Of a stretch of 60,000 nt of DNA, positions 22,958-36,458 are shown piece after piece. How positions within the stretch are numbered: the stretch's first letter is position 1; each line of letters begins with the position of its first letter. The position numbers and the translations under genes are program-made. This DNA comes from Botryllus schlosseri (lineage: Eukaryota), in assembly GCA_051294905.1 (NCBI GenBank), contig CM119373.1, positions 3,474,001 to 3,534,000 on the forward strand. The letters are read 5' to 3'. The notes below the pieces were generated by a model. It searched no databases and was not told where the DNA came from. It was given only the letters and a program-made list of their open reading frames with translations.

Positions 22958-23620
22958 CTTTAGAGTATAGTCTGTTCCACTGGGTTCTACTAGTCTCTTG
23001 TATAATTACTCAATCATAGCGATAACTTTGCCTTGATCCTTACAATTACGCTTCCAGAATGCAAGCAATATCGTACGTATTTGCACCGTGTTCTGGCGGC
23101 GAATCGGCATTACATGGTTGTTGCGTCCTGCAATTTTACAGATTCGTAATTTCAGGGCATATTCAAGGTACAGAACTTCAATATACAATTGCATAGTACA
23201 TTCATGTTGAATTAAACCCGATTAGTTTAGGCTCTAGGTTCAAATCATACTGCGGTATATTAATAAATTTCAGGGCAAGAGATATCAGATGTTTAATGAC
23301 TGTGATTCGATGACAGCATACTCGTCAATCGATGATGCTATTTTACACTTTAAAACCATCTTACGCTGTGTAATTGTGAGTTCGACGGTATCGATGGTAT
23401 TGATTGCTAATTCAACCCGTTATACGGTGTTGCTTAATCCGTAACCACTGTCTTTGGACGACAGTTGCGCGGGACTTTATCTTTGCTGGTGGCCAACTGC
23501 ATACAGGGTGTGAGCGACTAATCAGAGTTGGACTAGAACATTTTCAGCTTTTCCAAATTACATTATAATTATATAATTCTTTGAACCGATAGCAGGCGAT
23601 ATAGAAAATATTGAGATCTT

Positions 23621-23800
23621 GGTTGCTTTCACACCTTATTTAGCGTCCACTTGCAACGTAATAATTTTATTTATCACACGAGCTTTCGGAGCTCCGCTCC
23701 TTCGTCAGGTGTTAAAGTGAAACTTTGAGCTCCGAAACCTCGTGTGATAAATAAAATTATTACGTTGCAAGTGGACGCTAAATAAGGTGCGAAAGCAACC
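23621..23800. mobile_element. Miniature palindromic Penelope pLTR remnant (second family)
   Basis: 74-bp inverted arms (23621-23694 / 23727-23800), each carrying the 3' half of a hammerhead plus AATAAA. Confidence 0.75.
23676..23712 (-). ncRNA. Minimal type I hammerhead ribozyme
   Basis: Minus strand reads ACAC-CTGACGA-A-GGAGC(GGA)GCTCC-GAA-AGCT-C-GTGT, followed by AATAAA. Confidence 0.82.
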
Positions 23801-26788
23801 CCGATATTAATATAATAATTATAGCTACACAGTTTTCTCAAATTTGACTAGAATTAGAATTATAGCTAAACAGTTTTTTTCGAATTAGCTTAGAGTCAGT
23901 GAATTCGCGACAATTTGTAAATTAAATCACGTTCAGTTTGTATCAAATACGAGCCATTGTCATAAGCGTGAGAATGACAAATGTCTGCACAGCAAGATGC
24001 TCGTTTCGCACTATACTGTTCTCTAGCATTTCGTGGAAAACCGTAAATTAAATTAAAATGAGATTTGAATTAAGAGTAAAGAAACATTTCACAAATTATA
24101 GTAGATTACCGATTGGTCGCTCTAGTTGGTCTAATTTAGACAACTGCGACTGATACTTGTTTGTAAGCATGAGTTCGAGTGACAAAGCGTACTTAGCGCG
24201 TGAATATAGGCCCTAATCACCGACGTTTCGCATCGGTGAGACGATGACGTAATGGCAGGCAGTTCATTTGTGTACGATGTGTAACGATCATGTCGTTGCA
24301 TTTTCGCCTTAAACCTCCAAACGGCTACAAATCAAAATAAGTCTTATCCAAATTAAACGTGTTGATGAGTTGCTTACTATACGCCAGGTAGGACGATTCA
24401 GAATATTCGTACTTCGACATAGCTGCTATGGAGCGAACTTGACTCGCAACAAATTGTATTGCTATCATTTTCGAAACATCAGTCAAAATCAAAACAAAAT
24501 GTGTAATCCTACTTAATCTACCAGCTCATTATCTATAATAATAATAATAATTAATGAGTGTAAAATTGACGATATGAGCGGAAAAAGGTACATCGTCTAC
24601 TCATGCGCCAAAGGTTAGCAAAGAAGAATGTTTCAGATAGCTTTGTTTGAATGGTGTCCGAAACAGCTATACCTTTACGGATCTAATAAACGTTTCGTCA
24701 ACGATTTACTGCAGCGTATATAGAATAGCGCTATATATAACCCAATCTAATTCTGCGGCCTACATTCCGCGCATGGCAGAAGCATTGCAAGATCAAAAGA
24801 ACTGAAGAAGCATCTAGAGCTGTTCGAGATACCGGCTGATGTAAGGGCATATGCGTGTAGTCTTAAGTATCTCTCGTCCGTTCGCTATCTATCTAACTAA
24901 CTTCGAAAATGATATTATGCTCACTACGTCATTGACGTTTACGGATAGCGGAGATGGGCGTGCCAGCGCAAGTCGATTCGTGCATTTTATTAGCTGCGGA
25001 TGTCAGTTAAAGGATGCCGATTTAGTTAATAGTTGTAAGTCAGCCCGAGTCACGAGTGGATGTTAAATAATAAGTATGCGAGTCAAGTATGCATTGAGTT
25101 TTAGAACCTTATGTCGAAACACTGAAGCAAAATCTACTAAGATCTGTATTCAGCCGGATATTGGTAGTCTGCATCTACTACGTTTATTTTGACATTGTAG
25201 CATTCTGAATATGTTTCGACAGATAGAGCAACGTTTGTGAATTTTCCTTAACGTTACATATACCAGAAGCATGATTTTTCCAATGCCCTATGATAAGCAG
25301 TCTGGTTATAGTACCCATGCTGATTAGATTTTCATCGATCTTGAACAGAAACTATTAAATCTATCGCAGAGAAACCATGACATTTTTTGATCGCAGCAAT
25401 CGTCACCGAAACAATATTGTTTTTGCGTATCTACGTCCTTACGCAGTCCTTTGAAGTGGGTTACTCATCGCGTGCAATGTGAGTCAATAGGGCGAGAATA
25501 TATGAAGTCATCTCATCGCGCCTGTGCGCTAAGCGCAGACTCTATTCGAGCGAGTCGTATTTACTCGTAAATCGCAGTGCAGTGACAGCGGCATTACAGT
25601 GTCAAACAGTCTTCTAAATCAAACATGAATGTGCTGATTTCGCTCTGGTGGCGGGGTCAGGTATGCAGTAATGAGACTGGAGAGTTCAATTGAGGTAATA
25701 TTGTACTGGTTAATTTTGTCGAGTATTTTAATCAGTGTCAGTGTGTATTCATGCCCCAGTGCCACATAATATCGGTTGGTTTACAATGAACCAGTCTCGA
25801 TTCTTTTTGAATAGGAATCCAAAGATCAGCCGCCATACATACATAAGCTCCTTTGCGTATTAAACGCGTTAGCAAACTTGAAAACGAACTGAACCGAAGT
25901 TTTAATGTGGATCTGGATATTCAAGTATGCTAGAAACCACAAGACGTTAGGAGTAGTATCTATAAACAAAATTTACCGGATATGAACGAATAGAGTGAAT
26001 ATTATACCAGTAAGGTAGCTTTAGTATCCTGGAACAGGAAAGGATGATACATTGATATAGAATACTAGTCATGTAGCCTATGATAACCGACGCAGACTAT
26101 CCTTATTGGCGCATATATTATATTCTCGCTGTCCGCAGTTAAAGAGAGAGAGCGTAAAACCGTGGAATGAGGAATTTCGTGCTAAAATGACGAAGAACAG
26201 ATCGTACCGCATAAAGCACGATGGCGTAACATGTAACCATTCTAACGCAGCGTAGTCAGTGTAGGAGCTTGACATCTGAGCAGATAGAGCGGTCGGTAGT
26301 AATACTATGCTCAATTTCAGCCATATTATTAGTCACTGTCCCTAACGGCGGTTATAAATCTATCTCAAAAGCACGATTTTAGCATATTGACGAGTGTTAT
26401 TCGGTGTTACATTAGAAACCAGCAACGCGATATCATCTCAAAGCGCCGCAAGACTTCGATAAAATAAAAAGATAGGAAGTTGTCGAAACGACATGGAGTA
26501 GTCTTTGAAATCATACACCCACCTGGGCGGCTGGGCCAAGGCGACGTAAAGAAGAGGCATGTATTGTAGACACTGAACAGTAGGTGGGAATAAATAAGGG
26601 ATAACATAAATCGACTAGTGATGAAAACGAATGACGCATGTGTCGATATTTACAACTATTCATCTTGATTTTGCGTGGAATGCTTGTAGAGATTTGATTT
26701 CCTATTTCTGTAACGTTGATCCAACTCCATTTTTTTGCAACAGTTCTTCCTCGTTCATTAGTATCCTAGTTCAACCCGAAATAGCAAT

Positions 26789-26986
26789 ATGACCTGGAAG
26801 CAAGGACTGTGCGGCTGTTTCGGAAACTGCAGCTTGAGCATGATTGCATGCTGCGTGGCGCCTCTGTCGATCGGCAAAAACGCAGAAGCGGTCGGTGAGG
26901 CACACCCTGTGTTGTGGGCGATTTCAGTTGCGGGCGCGCCTTGCATTGCCGGAGCATTATTGCGTGGACTAATCCGGAAAAAGAAG
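26789..26986 (+). CDS. PLAC8/cornifelin-family Cys-rich protein, coding exon 1
   Basis: MTWKQGLCGCFGNCSLSMIACC...LRGLIRKKK. Donor AAG|GTAATT at 26986/26987. Upstream acceptor ttttttgcaacag ends at 26743. Confidence 0.9.
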
Positions 26987-27713
26987 GTAATTACCTTTCG
27001 AAGGGCTGCATGTTTCACGATTTTCAATGGAATCTCAGGAATGTGCACCAACGAAAAGCATACGTCGTGGTATGCAATGGCGGAAGTCCTTAAGGCGTAT
27101 ACACAGTTCTCGATGTCAAATGATGCGCATAAGATCAAAAACGAGTGCAGTAGACGACGCCATAAGGATGATGAAATCGATCACTGACGATTTGTCACTT
27201 ATGATTACGCTAATTATGTCAATCGGCAGTGTTGGCCGTGCTACCGGTACTATGTTTGTGGCCAATCTATAGGAGATGCAATATATATCCTTGGGGATTC
27301 GAATGGACTAAGACAAAGCATGTTACCTTCATGATGTCGAATGTGGGTCAGATGCACGGTTGTAAAAACCCATTGTGCGTGTCGCCCGAGTCGCACCCAT
27401 TCCTGTGTGATTAGCAAAGCGCGGGAGAGTTGAGTTGTCGTTTCATACAGCCGCAGCAGACCGTGGCGGTAAACAATGAAGCCGCGAATCTGTCGGAATG
27501 CAGAGCGAGTCGCGCTCACAGCGATTTCGCAAAAATCTAATTTGCTGCTACGCTCTTATTGAGAAATACTCATAAATTGTAGACCGGTTCGTCTGGCGGA
27601 GGCTTTGGCTTCGCCCTGAATACAGCTATATATAGACCTACCATATTTTCAGAACCCCGAAATAGGACATTTTTGTAAGCAAGTAAAATGAAAGTAGAAC
27701 TGTTAGTTTGAGT

Positions 27714-28298
27714 CAGGGTTGTAACCAAGTCACAAGGCTCCGAGTCACAAGTCAATCTCACTTTTATATTTTTGACTCGAGTCAAGTCGAGTCATTTTCA
27801 ATTTCCACCGAGTCAAGTCCGAGTCCAAGTCAGCGAACAGAGGATCGAGTCCGAGTTATGGTATTATGACTCTAGTCCGAGTCCAAGTTATTGTGTTGAC
27901 TGCTCAGTTTCTAGTTAAAGTCTTCCTAAACCCACTTTTTTTAACTCTGTTTGGTGATATTGAATGGTTCGCATTTATAATATATCAATTTTCCTCACTT
28001 TTAGCAGTTTCTGGTCGCATTTTCAAGCACCAGTACCAACAAACGAAATCCCAGTAGTGTGTTGGCTTCGAAATTACAATGAAATGTCGGACTTGGCCGT
28101 CTGAATCTCGAGTCAATGACTTGCTTCGAGTCATGCGCAATGACTCGAGTCCAAGTCGAGTCAATACACAGATTGACTCGAGTCGAGTCGAGTCATTTCC
28201 GTATTTTGAGAAAATGACTCGAGTCGAGTCGAGTCATCCGAAAATCGTGACTCGAGTCTGATTCGAGTCGAGTCATGACTCGAGTCATTACAACCCTG
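27714..28298. mobile_element. hAT-type MITE with GACTCGAGTC repeats
   Basis: TIRs CAGGGTTGTAA / TTACAACCCTG. Perfect TSD gtttgagt. Confidence 0.9.
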
Positions 28299-29074
28299 GT
28301 TTGAGTTTGATGAAGTTTTACATTTCCTTGGTAGTTACAGGCAGCAGTTTCCAAAACAACAAACCGAATTCATTTTTCATATTCAGCCCATGTATTTGTA
28401 TAACGTAATCTGCGGTTCCCTTAACTTTTGCCATTAAGGAATGATCAATCTAATCTGGAAAAGCGGAGCTATTTTTATAATTGATCGCAATTCTACTTGA
28501 AAAAAGTGTCTGCATTGTCTGAAATGCCCAATCCAACTTGTGGCGTAAACTTTTCAACTCGCACGCAGTGTAAATATGGAATGTTGTCGAATATCGTAGC
28601 ACACAATGCCAACATCTCACGCGATAAACCAACCGGTACGGAATTACGCAATGAATCATTTCTCACAAAGTATCGCCTGGGTTTGCCGGTTCTGCGCATA
28701 ATCATGCATATAGTCGACACCGTAACTGCGCTGGTGGAAAATTCTTCTCAAAAGGTTAAACCGATGATGGCATTGTAATTGCGCACGCTTCACGTGCTGA
28801 CAATGAAGCATTCCACACTGACGACCGCTCGGTTTTAATGCCAGTGGCGATCGTGGAATTTGTTGGGTTGTGAACGGAGTGGAATTGTTTGAATTGTAAA
28901 TGCTGTTAACCTACCAAATTTGACAATAAAAGTGTTATGGCGCGATAAATCCGATATTTTCTGCTGAAGAAGTGATTTCGGAAAACATATTCGAGTTGGA
29001 TGCCACTCAGGACACTCTAACACGTATAATGGGTGGTCGCCAATATCCGCTGAGCTATCACATCGCCACCAAGT

Positions 29075-29325
29075 GACGAGATAGCGTAGTGGTATAATCC
29101 ACATATACAACACCCATGGGTCGTGGGTTTGAGTCCGAGTCCGACCGAGGTCGACTCCAGAATACCTACCTAAGTGCTGGAGGTCTATCTGGGCTCCTCT
29201 CGCCACCTCATCCGCGTAAGCGGTGTCTTACAAAAGCCAAGAAGTGGGCCGTGCTACAAGTCGGCAGTTACAGAATAAAAAAAAACGAATATCGGCCTGC
29301 ATTAATATCAGTAGTAAATAAGTAG
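29075..29325 (+). mobile_element. tRNA-derived SINE
   Basis: A box TAGCGTAGTGG (29082-29092) and B-box-like GGGTTTGAGTCC (~29125). Body/tail (gccgtgctacaagtcggcag) recurs at ~2230-2340, ~30000-30080 (rc) and ~55370-55490. A body fragment lies at ~20210-20290 (rc). Confidence 0.65.
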
Positions 29326-30137
29326 GCCCTAGGTCAGTGGTTCTCAACCAGGGGTCCGCGAAACTTATAAATTCGCAAAATTATTGATAACCTAATTTAT
29401 TTGTATTTTTTAATTAGGGAAAGCACGGGACAGTTTCGCTTCATAATTGCTAAAACTTCATGACTTACATCATTAGAATGGTCGTCTGACGTAAAATAAT
29501 CTTAGTGTGCAAACTAAAAACTCATTTTAATTGCCAAATTGTCAACGACCTACTGATACAAACATATTGCTGTTTGGAGACGTTTTGTTGGGGTCGTTTA
29601 AAATATAAATTTCTGAATTTTATTCCTAATCTGTCCCAATGAAGGGATTGAAACCGCGCCTCGAAATCCAATTTCTCCTGTGATGTGCACATCTACTATT
29701 CCGGAATAACTTCAAGATGAGATACTAGATAAAAATGATTAGGCTTGACGTTATATTTTATTTCAAAGCTATGTTCTCAGTTTTGATGCCATATATGTTG
29801 CGATAACACCAAAGGGTGTCGTCGGAAGCGTTACGCGTTAATATTACATTCGCCAGCACCTATCCTTGTGGAGATATTTTCGTTTATCCAAATCCGTTCT
29901 GAAGCCAGCCTTACATCTTGAAATCCGAATCATAATTTTAATATCAAAGCATTTAATATGCTCATGTTTGTTCGTGGTGTTTTTTTCAACTACAATGGTC
30001 ATTTAAACCAGGACGATATTATTTATTACGACTCCTTATCTGCCGACTTGTAGCACGTCCAACTTGTAGTCTTTATAATACATCTCCGAGAGAACTGTGT
30101 CATATATGGACGTATTAAAACGACCCTTTGATTTCAG

Positions 30138-30293
30138 GGAATCGACGGAAGCTTCTTTGTGGACGTTCTCCTTTGGATGTGCTGTTCTCCGTGCGCCCTG
30201 TGCCAGGAAACCATCGAAACCGGCACCATGGATTACTTACAACAGCCCGAACTCCAGACGATTGAGAGAGATGTCCACCAGACAACAGGATAA
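30138..30293 (+). CDS. PLAC8/cornifelin-family protein, coding exon 2
   Basis: Acceptor ttgatttcag, phase 0. Reads GIDGSFFVDVLLWMCCSPCALCQETIE...TG* with the PLAC8 CCxxCALCQE motif. 117 aa total. Confidence 0.9.
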   Translation, partial: GIDGSFFVDVLLWMCCSPCALCQETIETGTMDYLQQPELQTIERDVHQTTG

Positions 30294-30588
30294 GCAAACA
30301 TTTCCGACTGTAACACCCCGAACACTCTCGCTCAGTAACATCAACCAATTCCGGTCAACGAGTATTTGCTTGATTACTTTTTCAATTACCTTTTCGCGGA
30401 CTACTATAATAGTGGACTAGTGGCGTTGAACTTAAAAAATTGCCTGCGCTGTAGTGCTCTTTACCTTGTGACGAGAACGACAAAGCCATTTGAGATATCT
30501 TAAATTACTGGTCGTTATCGGGCGTCGCAATGCTGGGAGGCGTGGATGTTCACTGCACTGATTTCATGTCTGTACTATATTGATCAAG

Positions 30589-30594
30589 AATAAA
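30589..30594 (+). promoter_or_regulatory. Probable polyadenylation signal of the PLAC8-like gene
   Basis: AATAAA about 300 nt after the stop, followed by a GT-rich tract. Confidence 0.55.
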
Positions 30595-30719
30595 CGTATT
30601 TTTAACACCGCCTCATCAGTGTGCCGGTGTGCTGTGCCCGCTGTTGCTGTTAGTTAGCTGGTTACTGCATCTGCATATGTATTTCCCTGGAGACACGACG
30701 AAAAATCTCGAGGTATTAG

Positions 30720-30979
30720 TAGGGCAAGTTTTTGTTGCAGTTAAATCCGTGGAAAGTTGCATTTATTTTTGACAAAAGTTGCAGCAAAAAGTTGCATTTT
30801 TTTCACAAAAGTTGCCCTAAAAGACCACATTTTGCTCGATTGACTGCAAAAAGGTCAACTTTCCGGCTCAGCTCCCGAAATACCCGTAAGAGCGTTACTT
30901 CAGTGCTGCTAGACGGTATTTCAGTCGAATTTGGTCGTGTATTTCTCCAAAATCGAAAAAGTTGCAAAAACGTGCCCTA
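30720..30979. mobile_element. MITE (TAGGGCAAGTTTTTG termini)
   Basis: TSD ggtattag/gttattag. Related copy at 46956-47483. Confidence 0.75.
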
Positions 30980-31406
30980 GTTATTAGTCATTCTTGCGGG
31001 TTCACATGCAGGACATGAGCTGTCCGGTAAAATGATGACAGACTTGGAAGGTGGATTGGAATTGGAAAGTGATGCTGGAAGTGACGCTGGAAACGGCGGA
31101 AGGCTTTTCAACTCGAAATAGCAAACTAGAGCCCTCCAACCAGACTTGTGCAAACTACCAATCTGGTTAGTTGACAGTCAACTAACTATTGATTTTTTGA
31201 GTAGTTCTAGTTCTGGGCTGCGTATTTCGGAAAGTGAACATGTGGCAGCCCACCCATAAGGGGTGTATTTCTTATAATTGTTTATTGTTATTGTGGTAGT
31301 GACTAGTGTTGTTGTTGCTGGGGCCACCAAGTGTCAGGTTCCGACTAGGTAGAATAGACACTTGGTGGACACATGAAAGCATGCTTCCATAGTGTGGACA
31401 GTGGAC

Positions 31407-32841
31407 CAGTGATGACCGGACTGTGATATTTGTCGGTCCGAGTCCGATCCTGAAAATTTTCAAGTCAGTCCTACTCCATCCTGATCCAAAAATAGTTTCA
31501 AAATTTACAGTCCAACTCCATCCTGATCCAAAAATATTTTCAAAATATAAAGTCCCAATCTATAACTGAAAAAACAGAAGAACATGTTACAGAGAATAAT
31601 TAGGCTCTCTGAAATATAACTTCGGTCTGTGACAAGATGTATAATTCCAATGTTTGCCTACACGAAACTACAGTGGGCCTACATGACACAGCAACTTTCA
31701 TTTCACATTTCAGCAACACGAATGTAAATAACTAGACTAGCAAAATGGCTATCAATACCTTAATCACCACATCACGAGCAATGAGCATGTACTGTACATG
31801 TTTTTTTTATAAATTTGACTGGCTAGTTGATAAAATTGTTAGGTCGGTTTTAACAAACGCTGCACATCAAATTCGATTCGATTCCAGCCTGTAGGAGCGA
31901 AGTTATTGTATACACATGTTTTTCAAATTATACTGGCTGCCCGTTCCTATCAAGTTTTGTGAGAAAATGGTGCATTACAACTTTGACTCAATTCCAACCA
32001 ACATCTACTGTGGGAAATTCTTTCATCAATAATTATGGAGCTGCAACACTACTCTGAAGAGCTTCTTGAAGGTACAGAACTGGAATATACAATAGACTAG
32101 TATATTAATATTGAAATGAACCCGAATATTTTCGGCTGACACTCGTCAGGGGTAATCGTCAGCAACTAGTAGAGAATTGGAAAGATCATTGTATATCAAT
32201 CAATCGTATCACAAAATATGACAGCCGAAAATATGTCATCCGAAAATATCCGGGTTCATTCCAATACGAACATACTATTCAACACTATTTTTCTAACTAA
32301 AAATTTTCCACTTCAATGAATTCACCTACACCGGTTGGAATTCAACCAGTAGCATCTTTAGCCAGTAACTTTGAAAAAATAAGTAATTTCTATATCCAAC
32401 CCTAATGTACCTACTACCTATACAAGACAAATAACTAATATATTCACTTTCAGGGGTCAATACACAACAAACTTGCCATAGTAGTTTGTTCCACATCCAT
32501 GATCACATAAAATATTCTAGACGAAAGAACCAGCCAAATCACAATATCTTGGTGAGAACATACTACTGCGCCGAACATTACCGATCAACTTGAATCAACG
32601 CCAATTGGCAACACTGGGAACAATTCTTCTCTCCATCCGCCCGCACTGAGCTATATATCCTACAAATAAACCCACACTTCTGGTTGCGAAATCAGCGTGC
32701 CCGAGTCCGGATTTTGGCATGCTCAAAGTCCAAGTCCAACCTTATTTTTCAAAATCACAATCCGGTCCGATCCTGATCCAACGAAAATAACCCATAATCC
32801 TGATCCTGTCCAATCCAAGTCCAATCCAATGCTCATCTCTG
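31407..32841. mobile_element. hAT-type non-autonomous element nested in a P-like MITE
   Basis: Termini CAGTGATGA / TCATCTCTG. Perfect TSD cagtggac. ATCC/GTCC subterminal repeats. Interrupts a CATAGTG...CACTATG element spanning ~31388-33182. Confidence 0.8.
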
Positions 32842-35800
32842 CAGTGGACACAGGCAAATGTCACGGCTCAGTGAAATTGGTCAACGTCACACTTGTCATT
32901 TGGTCAAAGGCAAGTTGACGGTAATTTTTGACCGACTTGCCGAGCATTTAATTTGATAAAACGGGTATTAATCGTAAAGCTACCGCGGTTCTGATTGCGA
33001 AAATACAAATTTTTTTCTGCTCGTGGTCCTGAAACCCCCTAAAATCAGTCTCGAATGCTGCATTGTAACGGAGTTTGGTATTGTGACAGATTGATACCCT
33101 TTGACCAAATGGAAAGTGTGACGTAGTCCAATTTCACTGAGCCGTGAGATTTGCTTGGGTCCACACCATATAGCACACTATGATACTTCCTTTTTGTCCA
33201 AGCTGGGTGCTGTGAGGAGTGTGAGGACGTATAGAAAAGCTCTCTGAAAACGGTCGTTGAATCTCTTTACATTTACAATATCAGATGGTCTTCCACAAGT
33301 ATACTCATTATTGTTCTATTTCTAGTTGCGCTTGTCGTCGGTTGGAGTGAAACATGTTACCGATGTTATATTTTGTGATGTTCTTGCAGACGCTGCTAGC
33401 TCAGAGTCATCAAGGCGCGTAGCCGGCGGGTGGGTTATGAAGTCGAAACCCTTCCCTTTTCCAACCAGAATCTCCGTATTTTTAAAATGCCGAATATAGC
33501 TCCAATATTTCTTGCTTCGGAATTGAATCCAGTTCTAGTTGGGTTTTAGTCAGTTAATTGCGGTAGTTAGTTCTAGTTGCGAGTTTTGACAAAAGAGTAG
33601 TTCTAGCTCTAGTTGCGCATTTTCAACATCCAGCAGTGTTTACAAGTCTGCTTCCTACAAAACATTCACACCGGAGATGTATTCAACATATTGGGCTTCA
33701 CCTAAAGGCCTCATTAACAGCGTGTTTGCAATGGCTAACTTGTATCTCAAACTAGCTCAATTAATGGACCACGTTCGAAATGTCAATGAATCATGCTTAT
33801 CAGTCCAGGCAAATGCGTACAATTACTTATGTGTACATATATATAAGGTCGCATTACGGACGTAACCGCAACATATCTATAGATAAGAGAATCTTGGGGG
33901 TTGTAGATCGCCCTGCGCCCTCTTGCGGTTTATACACTTATAACATATACTATCTCTTTATGGTACAAAGCCCATATCTGTATATCACGTGACTTATCAC
34001 TTATGTCTTTCTTCTCGTCACTACGTGACTTTTCACTTATAAGCCCGTGTGTTGCAATTATATATAGACCATTCCGCCATATCCTGCTGTATATTCCATC
34101 CATTGGATCAATATATGTAACTGAGGCAATACTGTCGTCGGCTCGACGCCTTCTCCTTGAGGCGTCAGGCGTCAAGCGTTCGTCTGCTACTGCACGTTGA
34201 GTATACCTACCTAGCCACAACGTGGAACTCATGATTCAACTCTAGCAGGTGACCAACTGACCATGCAACAGCACGCCTGCTGCAAGGTACAGAATTCCAG
34301 TATACAATATATTAATATAGTCATATTGAATTCTCTGCTAGTTGCTGACAATTATCGCTGACAAGTGTCAGCCGAAAAGATTCGGTTTCATTTCAATATG
34401 AACACATTATTCAAGCAAACAAATAGATATTTGATGCATTCGAGTGAATATGCTCGTACCACTTGGATCCGATTCAAAATGCAATTGTTGCACTCTAAAA
34501 CATGATTAACAATACGAATATCAGGATTACCAAAATTATAATATATCAGCGAAATATACAGACACAACTCACAAAACGACGGACGAGCGCATGAAATTGA
34601 AAGAATAACGAGACAGGCCGTTCCACAAAATCAACTATTATAAGTCTATGAATTATGCTTACCATTGCAGGCGATGCGCATTATGACTTGTGTATAATGT
34701 ATATGCATATAGATAAGTTCGCATTACGGACACCTCATTAACTAAGATAAAGATATAATTATAATCGATGGAAGTGAGAGAATAAAAAGACAATCCTCTC
34801 AAAAATCTAGGTATACAAAGGTATATAATTATAGAACTTATTGGTTGATATTTGATTGAGTAAAGCACCTCTTTGCATATCGACATATGGGTGTGACTGT
34901 GAACCAACTGAGTCAGTAAGAATAGGTAAAGAAATAAATACGGAACATAGCAGATACATGTGCAGTTTGTGCACTGTGCAGTGTGCAGGGTTGTGTTGGA
35001 GTATAACACTCAAAACACAGCTGTTTTGAACAGGGCTTAAGTTAAGAACACGTTTTCTATTGCTTATTCTTAGTTATGATGGCATGACCAGTTGACCACG
35101 TATATATGAAAAACAACGTGTACCGCTCAATTATCATATTTGGTTCATTTGTATGCATGCGCACTAGGGTTGCTCAAAAAATAAAATGTTTTTCCAAATG
35201 TTATTGGCTATAGGTTAACACTGTTAGGTTGGGTAAAAAACGCTGCACGCATAATATGGACCGACCCCAATTAGGGTTGCATTTAAAAAAAATTGATATA
35301 AAACAAACACGATTAAAACAAGGCCCTTGCTCAAAGCATGTTTTCATTGTTTTTGTGTTTTTAAGCCATAACGTCACGATCATTCACTTGTAACGTCATA
35401 GTCGATTGACATTGGCAATTAAAAATATAGGGTAACTATAACTCCTTTGACGAAATAGCTGTACTATTGCTGTTGAACCGACTATTTTGAGGGTTCAACC
35501 ATCCCATATCGATATACGAGCGCTATGTCGGGTGGTAATTGTCCGTAGACTCATACAACGTGTATGTTGGAAAGTATTTACACAATAAAGGCGTAATTTT
35601 ACAGCTTGAATTTTTTTTAAAAGGCCTTTGTTTAAAACACCGTTTGTTTTAAACAAAGTGTTTTAAAACACCGTTTGTTTTGAATGAAACCCTAGCTATA
35701 CATGGTCTTTCGAAAAAAGCGGTTATGTTATATTTACACGGGTTTGTAAAAAAGCAATTGATGTTTTTGCCTCATTAATGCCGTTGAATAAAACATGGTT

Positions 35801-35935
35801 CAAAACAAATTTTAAGTATGTGTGTTTTGAAGGACCATTTGTTTAAAACACAGCCCTAAATGTGGCTGATGCGTACATAAATTTCTGTATTGCCACTATC
35901 AAAACCACCGTACATCAATCTGTGCGAAACAGCAG

Positions 35936-36074
35936 CTACTCCAACGGAATATTGACTGGGCATGTTTTCGTTTCACAGTTGCGCATAAAGTTTAGTAACT
36001 CATTCGATGGTTTTCCGATGTCTACAGTCACACTGGTGTAAAGCAACAAGAGTTCTTTGGAAATGACCTGGTAC
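35936..36074 (-). CDS. Beta-1,4-galactosyltransferase-family (GT7) gene, last coding exon (5)
   Basis: Acceptor tttcatttcag. Reads (K)YQVISKELLLLYTSVTVDIGKP...PLE*, matching the B4GALT C-terminal LYTxxTVDIG. Confidence 0.88.
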
Positions 36075-36138
36075 CTGAAATGAAATGGCATATGGTTGGT
36101 TTATAAATGGAGAAGAGTCCAATCATTATAGGCGTTAC

Positions 36139-36289
36139 TTGACGCTGTTGTAACCGTCCTTAGTCCGTCTCTTGTGGGCATTTCGTAACGCGTAAAATCT
36201 TGCTGGGTTTGGAGGGTTGCCAACGTCTCGTTTGTGCTTTATCATGCTGTAAGAGCACTTGCGTCCGTATGGATTCACAACGGAGTAAT
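36139..36289 (-). CDS. GT7 gene, coding exon 4
   Basis: Acceptor ttttttaacag, donor AA|GTAACG. Reads YSMIKHKRDVGNPPNPARF...DGYNSV, including the metal-binding MxxH loop. Confidence 0.9.
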
Positions 36290-36458
36290 CTGTTAAAAAA
36301 TTGCACCGCTGAAAATTGGGCATGAAGACCAGTGCTTTAAAACGACTGCAATAACATCAATATTGTGTCTTGGTTCATTTTATTACGCAGCCTGGATGAT
36401 CGATCTCGAGCAAACAAACAGTCGAGGCAAAATCATTTATCTCAGTAGTTCTGTGCAT

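Noticed and set aside
24218..24250. GAAACGTCGG motif on the minus strand resembling a hammerhead 3' half
   Set aside because: No CTGANGA box at the right spacing. Only a short hairpin.
26987..27187. C-terminal half of the 132-aa ORF 26789..27187
   Set aside because: Read-through into the intron. PLAC8 similarity resumes at 30138 after a canonical donor and acceptor.
29075..29140. Possible tRNA gene
   Set aside because: Has A/B boxes but no proper cloverleaf, and continues into a repeated SINE body.
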